A stretch of DNA of 63,648 bases, filler included, from Thraustochytrium aureum (lineage: Eukaryota), in the NCBI GenBank assembly GCA_012862495.1. It is 7 parts of 5 records of this genome, joined end to end, with 100 filler letters (N's around TTAATTAATTAA, not from the genome) between each part and the next. Parts side by side here need not be neighbours in the genome. Positions count along the whole stretch, not along the records: positions 1 to 21,512 come from BLSG01000197.1; positions 21,613 to 27,800 come from BLSG01000198.1; 5 more parts are not named here. The stretch is one strand, 5' to 3'. Shown piece after piece: positions 10,045 through 22,239 of this stretch. The first letter of the stretch is position 1; the number at the start of each line of letters is the position of its first letter. A model generated the notes under the pieces. The model was not told where the DNA came from. It saw only the letters and a list, made by a program, of their open reading frames with translations, and did no database searches. The position numbers and the translations under genes were made by a program.

Positions 10045-12607
10045 TTAAGCCATTGCCTCGCCGTGGTGGCGGCTCCAGAGCTTCTTGTACTTGTCCATCT
10101 TTTTCGCCAGCTTTTTGCGCCGAGACTTGGTCAGCTCCTCGCCCGCGAGGTCGTGAGTGGGCACGCCGCTGCGTCGAACGCCCCAAAGTCACCAGCCTCC
10201 TGGCCTTCCCTGAACAGCATCTCCGGTCGGACGTCAAGGGAGGCGCTCGGTGGCGCCCCGGACGACGCTCCCGCCGCCTCGATGGTCGCCGCCCCCTCCC
10301 TTGGCGCCCCCCTCCGCTGATTGACGCCGCACCACTGCCCACGTTGCTTGGCCCGCAGCCGCTCCGTCGTTTAGCCGCACGCCGACGCGCGGCAGCATAG
10401 TGTCCCGCAGAGAGTCGCAGACCGCCAGGACAGCGCCAGGTTCCTTCGCCAACGCCGCCGAGCGCACTTCTGCACGGAACGCGCACAGGACGTCCATCAG
10501 CTCGGCGACCGTCGGGCCCTCGCCGTCGGCTTCCCCTCCCTGAACGCCATGCGCTGATGGGCAAACCCGGCGACGGACGGCGGGGCGCCACCGATACCGA
10601 GCACGCCAAAGAGGCCGTCCAGCGCTCCAGTCGCGGCGGCCAGCACGCCGCGCTTCGCAGGCCTGGCTTCTGCGATGTACTTGTTCATGCCCAGCACGAG
10701 CTCGCGAGCGAGTTCGAGGGCTCTCGGCGTGTCAAAGTCGTCCGCCAGCGCCGCGGCTGCGGCCTGGCGAAAGGCGGCTACCTCGGCGATGGCACCGACG
10801 TCGACGGCGCCCCACTTTGGAGAGCCGCGAGGATCGTTTTCTGCGAGAACGCTCCCGAGCCCCGCAGCCCGCCGGTAAAGCTCGGCCACGTAGTCATCAA
10901 ACGCGACGGCGCGCTGCATGGCCTCGGCGTCCAGCTCCATGGGGTGGTTGTACTTAACTGCCAGGAAGAGGAGCCGCGCTTGTCGCGGCGTGAGTCGCGG
11001 GAAGCCCTCACTCTGCCCCGCCAAGAGCTCGCGCACAGTGATAAAGTTCTTCAGTGACTTTGACATTTTGCGGCCTCGGATGTGCAGGTGCCCGGTGTGG
11101 AGGAAGAACGAGGTCCAATCCTTCCCCCCGGCGCTGCAGCACGCATCGCCTTGCGCACCTCCGTTCAAGTTGCTGGCGTTGGCCAAGGCTTGGCCCTGTG
11201 CCCTCTCGTTCTCATGGTGTGGAAAGCGGAGGTCAACGCCGCCGCCATGGATGTCGAGGCGACCGTCCCCCCGAATTGACCCAGCCGTGCACTGGACCAT
11301 TGCGGCGCACTCCGAGTGCCACCCTGGAAGGCCGGCCCCCCACGGGCTCGGAAACGAAGCTTCTGGGTGAAACCCTTGCGGGGAAACCTTCCAAAGGGCA
11401 AAGTCTTTGGCAGCGCGTTTCTCGCCGGCAACCTCGCCGTGCTCCTCGATTCCGTTGTCGCCCTGCTCCGAGCCACCTTGCGGGTCGCCTCGTCGACTTG
11501 GGTCGAGGGCCCCGTACCGCTGCGCTTCGTCTGAGGTGTGGCTGTCGAAGGCGGCAGTGTCAAAGTAGACGGATCCGGTCTGCGCTCCCTGATATGCGAG
11601 TCCCCGCTCAATGAGGCTGGACACGTACGCGACGATCTCGTCCACGTACTCGGTCGCGCGCGGCGCGTAGGTGGGAGGCTGGACGCCGAGTAGAGCCATG
11701 TCGCGCATAAACTCGATCTCGAAAGCGCTCGCGTGCTCGCGCCAGTCGACCCCGAGCTCGCTGGCTCGCTCCAGGATCTTCAGGTCTACGTCGGTCACGT
11801 TCATGAAGAACGCGACCTGGAGGCCGGCCTGGCCTTGCAGAATGCGCCGGATCGCGTCGAACTGCACATAGGTGCGCGCGTGCCCGAGATGGGCNNNNNN
11901 NNNNNNNNNNNNNNNNNNNNNNNNNNNNNNNNNNNNNNNNNNNNNNNNNNNNNNNNNNNNNNNNNNNNNNNNNNNNNNNNNNNNNNNNNNNNNNNNNNNN
12001 NNNNNNNNNNNNNNNNNNNNNNNNNNNNNNNNNNNNNNNNNNNNNNNNNNNNNNNNNNNNNNNNNNNNNNNNNNNNNNNNNNNNNNNNNNNNNNNNNNNN
12101 NNNNNNNNNNNNNNNNNNNNNNNNNNNNNNNNNNNNNNNNNNNNNNNNNNNNNNNNNNNNNNNNNNNNNNNNNNNNNNNNNNNNNNNNNNNNNNNNNNNN
12201 NNNNNNNNNNNNNNNNNNNNNNNNNNNNNNNNNNNNNNNNNNNNNNNNNNNNNNNNNNNNNNNNNNNNNNNNNNNNNNNNNNNNNNNNNNNNNNNNNNNN
12301 NNNNNNNNNNNNNNNNNNNNNNNNNNNNNNNNNNNNNNNNNNNNNNNNNNNNNNNNNNNNNNNNNNNNNNNNNNNNNNNNNNNNNNNNNNNNNNNNNNNN
12401 NNNNNNNNNNNNNNNNNNNNNNNNNNNNNNNNNNNNNNNNNNNNNNNNNNNNNNNNNNNNNNNNNNNNNNNNNNNNNNNNNNNNNNNNNNNNNNNNNNNN
12501 NNNNNNNNNNNNNNNNNNNNNNNNNAGGTCTCGCTGGCGCGGGGTGGCCGGTTGGGTGCGTCGAGCGAGCCTGAGGCCCAGCCAAGTCCGCGCGTGGCGA
12601 CCGACAT
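10045..12607 (-). CDS. CARS2: Cysteinyl-tRNA synthetase, probably mitochondrial; gap 11895-12526, several frameshifts in the 3' third
   Basis: HLGH (HIGH-type), [43 protein letters not shown]; the C-terminus ([24 protein letters not shown]...[10 protein letters not shown]) is spread over other frames. The start at 12607 and the mitochondrial assignment are inferred. Confidence 0.88.
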
Positions 12608-12618
12608 ACCGACAGACC

Positions 12619-12660
12619 GCGTGCGTGCGTGCGTGCGTGCGGGCGTGCGGGCGTGCGTGC
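12619..12660. repeat. (GCGT)n microsatellite between divergent genes
   Basis: Visible tetranucleotide run between the ATGs at 12607 (-) and 12683 (+). Confidence 0.85.
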
Positions 12661-12682
12661 GAGGGTCGAGCAGACGGGGAGG

Positions 12683-13050
12683 ATGATGGCGGCTTCTCGA
12701 GCTGGCGCGGCTGCGGCCAGGGCGGGCGCGCGGCGCGCGATGCGGCGAGGGGATGGCTTCTGGACAGCCGCAGCAAGCGCAAGGGGAAACGCGCAGCACT
12801 ATGATGCGCCCGTGCCGGTGGGGAAGAACCTGGCTGTGGCCACTGCGCTCGGCCTGTTCGTGTCGGCCACGTACGCGTTTACTGTGCAGAGGATTCAAAC
12901 GGTGAGTTTTGCCAGCGGCTAGCGTTGCTGCCAGGGCGAGAACAAGCTGACGCGGGTGCGGCGCAGAACACGGAGCTCGGCGAGGAGTTTACGGACGTGT
13001 TTACGCGCGAGGAAGAGGAGGCCGCGGCGAAGGCAAAGTCTGCCGCTTAA
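12683..13050 (+). CDS. COA3: Small mitochondrial membrane protein, COA3/CCDC56-like; intron 12902-12966
   Basis: Arg/Ala-rich presequence-like start, KNLAVATALGLFVSATYAFT transmembrane motif, acidic tail after a GTGAG...GCTGAC...CAG intron. Confidence 0.6.
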
Positions 13051-13347
13051 ACAAGTTCGTTGGCTCACTCACCCACCTGTGCAAGCGTCGTGGCGACGTG
13101 TGTCTTGCTACGGTGGACCTCGCGAGGCGTTTAATGCGATTTCTGAACGGGTGAGACTGCAAGGGGACGCAGCGCCGACGAAGGAGAGATTCGTTTCTTT
13201 CGGTTTCCTGTCACTCAACTTGCATGCATTATTGGCCAGTTGGCTTGTCGGAACTGCGCGGCGGTTGGGCCTTGCCTTCCCAAAGCCCTTTCGGACGTCA
13301 TCAGCAACCCTAGGGGTACGTTCGCCACCACTCCGTTCCGATCCCGA

Positions 13348-14124
13348 CTACGCCTCTTGCGGCTTGGCCTGCGGCTTCTTCTGCTGCTTGATCGTCCCAA
13401 CTTGCGCCGGGCGGAGTACCCTGTCCTTGTACATGTACCCGCGCTGCATGACCATGTTGATCGTGTTGGGCTTGCGCTCTGGGTCCTCAACCTGGTAAAT
13501 CACCTCGTGGAGCTGAGGATCAAATCCATCCCCTTCTTTCCCGAACGGGACGACGCCGAACGACTCTAGGACCTTGAACATCTCCTCCTCGGTCATCTTG
13601 AGACCTTTGACGAGCTGCACGAGCGTTTCGTTGCCCTCAACGTCCTCGAGCATGGGCGCCGGCACGGCCTCTAGGCCGCGCGTCAGGTTGTCTGCCACCG
13701 ACAGCATCGACTTGGCGAATTTTTGGTTGGCGTAGGTGTTGGCGGACTCGATCTCTCGTTTCGAGCGCTGGCGCACGTTCTCTGTCTCGGCCAGGGCGCG
13801 CAGCATCCGGTCCTTGGCTTCGGCGGCCTCGGCCTCCAACTTTGCGACTTGCTCCTTCAGCTGTTTGACCTCCTCGCTCTCGGCGGGCGCATCGCCAGCC
13901 CCCGCAGCGTCGGCCTGTGCTGCCGCTTCACCTTGCGGCGCGGTGGGGTCCTCTTTCGGGGTGTCCGTGGTGGCGAGCCCTCGCCGGGCCAAGCCGGCAG
14001 TCGCGTCAGCCCATCCCTCCGCGCGCAGAGCCGCCCTCGGCCGCACAACACCTTTGTACGCCCGCAGCACGGGCACCCGCGCAGCCCCTACGCGTCGCGC
14101 CGCCAAGGCCGTCCTCGCCAACAT
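13348..14124 (-). CDS. grpE: Mitochondrial GrpE nucleotide exchange factor (Mge1)
   Basis: RALAETENVRQR, KFAKSMLSVADNL, FDPQLHEV, GYMYKDRVLRPAQV; Arg-rich presequence. Confidence 0.95.
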   Translation of the reverse strand: MLARTALAARRVGAARVPVLRAYKGVVRPRAALRAEGWADATAGLARRGLATTDTPKEDPTAPQGEAAAQADAAGAGDAPAESEEVKQLKEQVAKLEAEAAEAKDRMLRALAETENVRQRSKREIESANTYANQKFAKSMLSVADNLTRGLEAVPAPMLEDVEGNETLVQLVKGLKMTEEEMFKVLESFGVVPFGKEGDGFDPQLHEVIYQVEDPERKPNTINMVMQRGYMYKDRVLRPAQVGTIKQQKKPQAKPQEA

Positions 14125-14489
14125 CTGGATCAACCCGGTCGTCGACCGCCAAGAATCTGCACAACTTGGCGCCTAGCCTGCCCTCGGTCGACTCTCCACT
14201 CTGCGCCGCAAGTCCGTCCGCGCTTCCTNNNNNNNNNNNNNNNNNNNNNNNNNNNNNNNNNNNNNNNNNNNNNNNNNNNNNNNNNNNNNNNNNNNNNNNN
14301 NNNNNNNNNNNNNNNNNNNNNNNNNNNNNNNNNNNNNNNNNNNNNNNNNNNNNNNNNNNNNNNNNNNNNNNNNNNNNNNNNNNNNNNNNNNNNNNNGCAG
14401 GCTCTCCGGCAGGCGCTCCGGCAGGCTCTCCGGCGCAGTTGCGAGTCTGTCTGCCGCGGAGTCTGCTGCGTCCGAGCCCTTCGCTTCGC

Positions 14490-16079
14490 ATGAGTGGAGT
14501 CCGTCGAGCAACGAACACTGAGCTGTACCTTACGAAGTACAACGAGCGATTCCTTGCGACTCTTGATGTATCGGAATCGAAGGTGAAGATCAGCGCTCTG
14601 TTCTTCCGCAACGCGGCACGAGACGCCACGTCACTGTGGAGCCCCTGTTTCGTGGCCGGGTGCTCACGGTGCACACCAAGCAGCCCAAGGACAGCGTGCA
14701 AGAAAAGGCCGTTCAAAACGCCAGCAGCATCAGGAGTCGCCCGTGATTGACTCGACGCGATGGAGAGTCCGCAGCGAGCGAGGCAGGCACCAGCCACGCG
14801 CAGCTCAAGCAGTACTGGATGCGCTTGGGCCAGACGCCGACCGGTCCGCAGGTTGGAGCTCGAGACGGGAGCGGGCTCTGGGGCTCCAGCACGCGGACGA
14901 AACTGTAGTTTTGCGTCGGGCTGACTGACGCCCCGCCGCCAACTTGCCGCGACTTGCCAGACGCGCGTGGCACCGAGCGAGATGGCCACTATGTACCGAC
15001 TCGATGATGGCTTTGTACACATGGGGCCCAAGGGGTCGTTCCTCGAGGCGACTGGGCGCTCGCTGGCGATGACGCTGGTCTCCGAGCTCGGCGACGAGAC
15101 CTTTATCATTGTAAGTGCCGCAGGTCGTTCGCATGCTGTCGGAACGGACGCTCCGCCAGGTTGCACGAGCTGACGCCCGCGGGGGCAATTCGATTTTCAC
15201 AGGCTGCGTTGATGGCGATGCGGCACCCGAAGGGCCAAGTCCTCGGCGGCGCGCTCGCGGCCCTGTACCTGATGACGATATTATCGGCGTCCTTCGGCTG
15301 GCTCGTTCCCAAGCTCTTGTCGCCTGCGCTGACGCACAAGATCGCAACGGTTATGTTTTCTTTTTCAGCGCGCGCCTGGCGTACATCGGGGTACACGCTG
15401 ACGACTCGACCGTCGAAGAAGAGGTTGCAGAGGTCGAAAAGCAGCTGCGCAAGAGCCTGCGGCGGTCCAAGCGAGACAGCGCCAAGCACGAGAGCAGCAA
15501 GCGGTCTTCCAAGCGTCACTCCTCGCGCCTCTCTGACGAGGAGGCGGACGCAGAGCCGGAGCCAATGGACTCGCCAGGTGACGGCGAGCAGGACGGGGGC
15601 GACCCCGATTCTGATGAAGCGCCCGTCGCCAGGAGGCTCTCGTCGTCGAGCGCGAGGAAGTCTAAGCGGCGGTCCACCGGACGGCGCAGCAGCAAGTCGT
15701 CTGCCCCAGAGGGGGCTGTTTTGGGGCATCGCGCTGCCGGCGGAGGTGGACGACATGGTGAAGCAAGTCAAGCTGCCTCGAGACGCCACCGAGCTGCGCC
15801 GGGTCCTCGAAGCCCTCCTGACCCCTGTGCTGATCGAGACGTTTTTTTCTCACGTTCCTTGCAGAGTGGGGCGACCGCAGCCAGGTCGCCACCATCACGC
15901 TTGCAGCAAACAACAACCCGTTTGGCGTCTGCCTCGGCGGCTTTCTCGGCCACGGTGTCTGCTCCACGCTGGCCGTGTTTGGGGGTGCGCTCATGGCGAC
16001 GCAGATCTCGCAGCGCACCCTTGCATTCATCGGCTCAGCTATCTTCCTCGCATTCGGCCTGTTCAACCTGCGCAGCTGA
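14490..16079 (+). CDS. GDT1: GDT1/TMEM165 (UPF0016) Ca2+/Mn2+ transporter; introns ~14851-14960 and 15111-15202; at least three frameshifts
   Basis: Both family motifs are present: SELGDETF(II)AALMAMRH and FLAEWGDRSQ; the 5' end is uncertain. Confidence 0.85.
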
Positions 16080-16831
16080 TCGCTATCACTCGCGTGGGAG
16101 CCCCGATCTCGAGGAGCGCTGGGACGGGACGCGGCGAACGACGTCAACCGCTCGCCTGTCCCAGCGCGTCTCTTGCGGCACCGAGGGCCGGGCTGGGCCG
16201 GGCCTGGGTAGGTAGGTATCCGTCGAAACGCAAATCACGTCTTGTGGACTGGGGATCACAATCATAAAGGGTACGCTGTACCAGCCAGAGTACTCGAGTA
16301 CTCAAACTGCAGTGAGTAGGTTGGTTGTACTTCTCCTGTCAGAAGACTTCGAACTCCATTCCCAGGCTTACTCGCACGTCGTGCCCGTGCACATGCGAGT
16401 CCGTCAGCCTCTTGATTGACTCGCGTTTCATTGTTTTCACTTGTGTCGTACCTTGCCGAGGGCTCGTCTTGCGCAGGACCCTGTGACGTGGCGCGGCTCT
16501 CGTCATGTGCACGCGCCACATTTCCCCCTACTCTACCTCCTACAGCAGCTGTCGCCAGGCCAGTCCAAGGAGGGCGGACCCTCAGGAGCACGGGGATATC
16601 GCGAGGCCGGCTCGCGGACCCGTGCGGCGGCGGACTCCTGACGCCCCGAAGCGCTCGCTCAGCCGGGCGAACAGTGCGCCTCGTCGGTCGACCTCGGCTT
16701 GATTCGTACGTAGAGTTGGCACTTACTCTCCCACCTGGGAGAGCTTCCCTCGCCCCGCCAGGCCGTCCGCGGCACGCCGCAGCGGTCGGAGCGCTGCCAG
16801 CTTTGGCGAGCCGCAGACCGGCACTGGCGTC

Positions 16832-18501
16832 ATGGCGTTCGGGTGCCCAGACGAGCTCGAGTGCAAAGTGGTGGCAGGAGAAGCAGTTTGCTCGTGCCCG
16901 CCTGGGTGCTCAGGGACCGACGACTGGTTTTATTGGGAAGACTCGTGCCATGTGAACATCAAGCTCCGCAGCACGCTGCACCTTATAGCGTTCGTGATGA
17001 GCCTCCTCGTGGTCGCCACCGCGAGCGTCTCGCTGTTCACGCTTAGCAAGCGCAAGTACGGCGTTTGGTGGCGGCTTCGGCGCTTTGCCAAAAAATTCCT
17101 CCCCCACCCTCCTCACGCTGAACNNNNNNNNNNNNNNNNNNNNNNNNNNNNNNNNNNNNNNNNNNNNNNNNNNNNNNNNNNNNNNNNNNNNNNNNNNNNN
17201 NNNNNNNNNNNNNNNNNNNNNNNNNNNNNNNNNNNNNNNNNNNNNNNNNNNNNNNNNNNNNNNNNNNNNNNNNNNNNNNNNNNNNNNNNNNNNNNNNNNN
17301 NNNNNNNNNNNNNNNNNNNNNNNNNNNNNNNNNNNNNNNNNNNNNNNNNNNNNNNNNNNNNNNNNNNNNNNNNNNNNNNNNNNNNNNNNNNNNNNNNNNN
17401 NNNNNNNNNNNNNNNNNNNCTCACGCTGAACAGCCCGTTGTGGTCGCCGAGCCTGCGAACCATGATACGTCGTCCCCTGGAAACCTGCATCACGACGCAG
17501 CCGAGCCAGATGCCGCGTTCAATGACAGCCAATTCGAGTCCGAGTACGAGTTCGAGCTACACGACCCGCTCGGACAAAGTGCGCTCAACGGCGCGGAGGG
17601 GATGCAGAGCCGCGTTCAGCGTCACCAGATTCAGCTGCAGGCACTGCTCTCGTTCTGGCTTGTGCTGAATTTCCTGGCTTTCGGGGTCTTCTTCACCGTG
17701 TACGAGGCGATCAGCGGGATCACCGACGTGTACCGCTTCGAGGAGGGCGCCGCGGCGCGCCTGCTCGACTTTTGCGCCGGGGCGGGCTCTGCGAGTTGCT
17801 TGCTGGGCATCTGGGCGGTCGCGTTCAAGTGGTACGATCTTATGCCGTCCATCAAGCGGTACGGCCGCCTGCTCGAGGTCAATTCGCTCTTGGTGCGGTT
17901 CCCCGACTTTTTCTACTGGTGGGTGCGGGTGTGGGGGGCCTTTTCCGCCATCTCCATGCTCACCTTGTTCTTCATATTGCCAATGGCAAACCCTGCGAAG
18001 CGCCGGTCCTATGACAACGCGGCTTTGGCCACCATGGCGATCATCGTCGCCATTTGGTGGATGAGCATGGTGACCATCACGATGCTGCTTTCCCACGTCT
18101 TCACGAACGCATCGCGAGCCTTCAGTGGCACCGTCGGCGCGGCACCGGGCGCTCGGGGTGCGTCCCCTGCCAGGCCCAAGGCGCACACCGAGACGACCTT
18201 GGGGTCTGCGAGCCTCGGCCATGAGGAGGAACCTGGCGCCGGCGAGATTGCTAGCAATCCCGAGCGCTCCACGGACAACTCGCTTCTGCCAGCCCACTTT
18301 CGGACCACCGTGCGATCGATCCTGATCTATACGACGAACGGGTCTCTCTGCGCCTTTGTGGTGCTTTTGACGACCGCGCTCTGGCCGCCGCTCAACCGCA
18401 ACATGTACATCGGAATCAGCGTGACGGCCATCATCGGCCACCTGTCAGCCATCACGCTCATGTACCTCGTTATCCTCCGGGCGACTCGGGCCGCAACATA
18501 G
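16832..18501 (+). CDS. Orphan 7TM (GPCR-like topology) protein with a Cys-rich EGF-like N-terminus
   Basis: CPDELEC...CSCPPGCSG...C followed by seven hydrophobic segments. The gap flanks share CTCACGCTGAAC, and merging them gives one continuous frame. Confidence 0.65.
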
Positions 18502-19763
18502 CGCCTCCGGGTCTCAGCATCGGCGGCAGGCTGGCTGGGCCCGGCATGCTGAATCTCCTGTCCAGCAACATCTCGTTTTTGAGAACTATTTCTTTCCATT
18601 GAAAACCGAAAGCAAGCGTTTCTTTTCTGTCAGATGCAGCGTGCAACTCGAGTTCAAGCTAGTACCTACGCATACCGTCGTCCCGGCCACCTGGATCGTT
18701 TGCGATTTACTCGATGTGGTTGGCAGCACCGGCTGGGGCGCCTCGCAGCACCGCTGAGGCCGCTCGCCGGGCCAGTGATCGATCTATTTCGACTCGCGCC
18801 TTTTCTTTCGCAACGACACGGAGCGCGTCAAGAGAGCCCTCGCTCTCATCACTGACGGATCCAGCAGCGCATTCGCACAGCACACAACAGTACTCTACTT
18901 AGCGCCGCGTTGCGCGGTGCGCGTGCGCCCCAGCCGACGACTCTAGCGTGTCCAGCGCGACCAGGCCACATTGCAGCCTTCGTCGCGTCCCGGCCGTATT
19001 TCGCGGCGCAGGTCTCGGCGGGCGCTCTCGGCGGTCCAAGCGCCCGCCGTCAACGCGGCCGAGGGCACCGCATTGGTTGGGCCTTGCGCCCAGGTCGGCG
19101 TTGAAAGCCCTGCCCCAGAGGCCCACCGACCGATGGATCAAAACTTGATCCTTTCTCGAGAGTTCGTCCCTTTTACCTACTTGTAAACCTCCATACTTTT
19201 NNNNNNNNNNNNNNNNNNNNNNNNNNNNNNNNNNNNNNNNNNNNNNNNNNNNNNNNNNNNNNNNNNNNNNNNNNNNNNNNNNNNNNNNNNNNNNNNNNNN
19301 NNNNNNNNNNNNNNNNNNNNNNNNNNNNNNNNNNNNNNNNNNNNNNNNNNNNNNNNNNNNNNNNNNNNNNNNNNNNNNNNNNNNNNNNNGGAGTACTGCG
19401 CCACTGACAGTCCAAGTACTTTGTTGACCAGACCCGGAGAGGCAAGAGGAGGAGCAGCAGGAGAGCGGCAGAGCCTGAACGCGCGCAGGGACGCGCTTGG
19501 GACGGCCGGGCGGAGCGCGATAGCCGCGGCGAGCGACGCGCTGGCGACAGGGCGCTGCGCAGGTCGGCGGGCGGGAGCGGGTGCGCGACGCGAAGGACGC
19601 CCGCGGAACGAACACGGTTGACAAGGAGGTGAGGCGAGGTAAACGTTTGTTCGTTCGTCCGTCCGTCCGTCCCCACAGCGCGGCGGGAGCGGCGACGCGG
19701 AGGGCTGCTGGAGGAGTCTGACGGGGCCCGGCGCAAGGGAGGCGGGGGCCGGCACACGGGTGC

Positions 19764-20849
19764 ATGGAAGAGATGAGCCGGCCGATTCTGTACAGGGCTG
19801 CGGCGACGGAGGACGACGACCGCGACACCGCCTCCTCCCCCTCCTCGGCAGGCTCCGCAAGGCGCGCGCGGACGTCGCAGAGCAACGAGAGCTCGCCCAT
19901 AATACCGCGCGAGGACAGCGCGGCGGGGCGCTCGCTCCGGTCGATTGCGTCGCTACCGGACGGGCAGCTCAGCGAGCAGCAGAGCGTGAGGCTGAACGTC
20001 GCGCAAACCGTTGCGGCGCCCGCCGTGGAAGGTTCCCGGAGCCGCAATGTGCTTTTGTACGCGCAGACCGTCCTGCAGTTCCCGCCCGCCGCGGCAGCCT
20101 GTGTCGTGGTGCCAATGTCGCTCGCTGAAGGCGAGTCGTGCGATCTACCGCTCGCGCTCTGGGCGGCCCTCTATGCGATTGCCCTGGCCCTCTCGCTGTT
20201 CGCAGCCTGGACCTCGCACCTTGAGCCGACGGAGCGACTCGAAGACATGTCCGGCGCTCGCCGGTTCGCGGAGACGATCCGCAAACCGTTGGAGAACTTT
20301 ACGCTGGGCTGGTTGATCATGGGACAGATCTGGGTGCAGAGCGCGGAAGAGTGCGTGGATTCTTCGCCCATGCTCTTCGCGCTCTGCTTTTGGCTCGTTG
20401 TGCTTGGTTTCACATACAACTTGTTGCCGTGCATCATTATCATTCTCGCGCTACCGTTCCTGTGCTTTTGCCTCCCATGTGTGATCCGCGTCCTCGCTCG
20501 CCTCGCGGGCTCGGAGCCGTTCCGAGGCAAGGGGGCCTCTGAGCGAGTTATTGAGCAGCTCCCGTGCAAGCAGTACCACCCTGGGCTTTTCGAGGACGAG
20601 GCCGAGCCGCAGTGCTCGATCTGCCTCTCACAGTACGAAGACCAGCAGGAGTTGCGCATTCTTCCCTGCGACGGCCGGCACCACTTTCACAAAGATTGCG
20701 TGGACGAGTGGTTGCGAGTGAACGGGTCTTGCCCCATCTGCCGCGCATCTGTCACGCCAGATGCTGAGAGGGCAAGCGGCGAATCCAGCACCGGGCGCAG
20801 CGCGGATAACGGCCTCGCCGAGCGCCTCGACGCTGGTGAGCAGGTGTGA
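19764..20849 (+). CDS. Multi-pass membrane RING-H2 E3 ubiquitin ligase
   Basis: Transmembrane segments, CFCLPC, then CSICLSQY...LPCDGRHHFHKDCVDEWL...CPICR. Confidence 0.92.
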   Translation: MEEMSRPILYRAAATEDDDRDTASSPSSAGSARRARTSQSNESSPIIPREDSAAGRSLRSIASLPDGQLSEQQSVRLNVAQTVAAPAVEGSRSRNVLLYAQTVLQFPPAAAACVVVPMSLAEGESCDLPLALWAALYAIALALSLFAAWTSHLEPTERLEDMSGARRFAETIRKPLENFTLGWLIMGQIWVQSAEECVDSSPMLFALCFWLVVLGFTYNLLPCIIIILALPFLCFCLPCVIRVLARLAGSEPFRGKGASERVIEQLPCKQYHPGLFEDEAEPQCSICLSQYEDQQELRILPCDGRHHFHKDCVDEWLRVNGSCPICRASVTPDAERASGESSTGRSADNGLAERLDAGEQV

Positions 20850-21167
20850 GCGCGACGCGGTGGCGCTGGTGCTGTGCGCAATTCAGGTCGGGCGCTCAGT
20901 GGCGGCGCGGCGCGCCTTTCACGTTTCCTACTGTTTGTTTTCAACCAAAAAAACGGAACTGGAATGAATTTGATGTGCTGTTTCGCGGATGGCGGCAGCG
21001 GAGGAACGCCACGTTGATCGAGCACAGCCTACTCGTTCGCGCAATTGCCTTCACTTTGTCATTCTGGCCTCGCGGCAAACAAAAAAAGTGTGGGAAGGGA
21101 TTGGGTAGGGGAAACGCAGCTTTGCATGCCTCTGCATATTGGTTGGGCGCGGCTCTATGCGGTTCGG

Positions 21168-21512
21168 CTACGCTGCAACGTGCTCTCCGGTCGTACTCGC
21201 GGGGTCGCCGTCCGTCTCGCCAGGTCCGCTCTCAATGTCGGCGCTATCCTCGTCCCCCCCTCCGTCCCTGGAGGCGGCGCTGGACGCTGGCTCGCTCGGA
21301 ACGCCTTCCGCGCTTTCGTCGAGCGCGACCTCGGGCTCTTTCGACATTTGCGCAAGCTTGCGGTCCAGCGCCTTCAAGGCGCGTGCTCGCCGGCGGTCTG
21401 CGACTGGGTTTGAATTTTTCTTCGGTGGCAAAGAAATCTGCAGCCCCGTGCCGCCGGTCCCCGGGGTCCGACCATCGGGCATCGGCATGTTGCCGTACCC
21501 GAATCGCAAATT
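21168..21512 (-). CDS. C-terminal fragment, TMEM115 (DUF1751)-like; truncated by the scaffold end
   Basis: ADRRRARALKALDRKLA resembles the AERRRxxALKALxxRL tail of TMEM115-type proteins. Confidence 0.5.
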   Translation of the reverse strand, partial: NLRFGYGNMPMPDGRTPGTGGTGLQISLPPKKNSNPVADRRRARALKALDRKLAQMSKEPEVALDESAEGVPSEPASSAASRDGGGDEDSADIESGPGETDGDPASTTGEHVAA

Positions 21513-21612
21513 NNNNNNNNNNNNNNNNNNNNNNNNNNNNNNNNNNNNNNNNNNNNTTAATTAATTAANNNNNNNNNNNNNNNNNNNNNNNNNNNNNNNN
21601 NNNNNNNNNNNN
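21513..21612. other. Artificial scaffold linker (44 N + TTAATTAATTAA + 44 N)
   Basis: Six-frame stop spacer; the same 100-nt structure occurs six times. Confidence 0.97.
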
Positions 21613-22239
21613 TCTTTTGATTGATTGAAATCAAAAATGCCTCTACTTACCGGTACTACATGGTAGAGTATTGTTCATTGTTCTTTGATAGGGTGAACAA
21701 TGAACAAGGAGCAGCCCAGGCTCGACCGTTGCGACTCGCGAGCGTCCCAGTGCCTTGCTGTCCCTGCAGGCTACATGCGCGCCAGCCCACCCACCGTGGT
21801 GCCTTGCTGGGCTCGAAGAAAGCAACCGCCAGCGCTCTGACGGTCTCGCCCGCGAGTCACGCAGCATGGCGCGCCTGCGAAAATAAAACCCCGCTCGAAC
21901 GCTCTCTCGCCCGCGAGCGCCACTGCCAGCACGACGCGCGTGACCTCCAGAGGAAGGCACGAAGTCGGGAGAGCGCCTGGCAAATCTCCTTCGCTGACGT
22001 CTTTCGCTTGGTTGAAGAGTTGAACGACTGTAGGGGTAGAGTACTCTACTACTCTACTCCCTACTCCTCTTCTCCACTCTGCCCTGCTCTGCCCCAGGCA
22101 ACGCTGTGGAGTGGGACGCGTACAGCAGCTACATTTTGCGCGAGCGGCCCGGCCGGCTTCTTCATTCAAACCCTGATCGCATCGCTGCGCGCGGCGGCAG
22201 CTCCGTTGCTCGGGGTCAGCCGTCCTCGATTCGGAAAGA

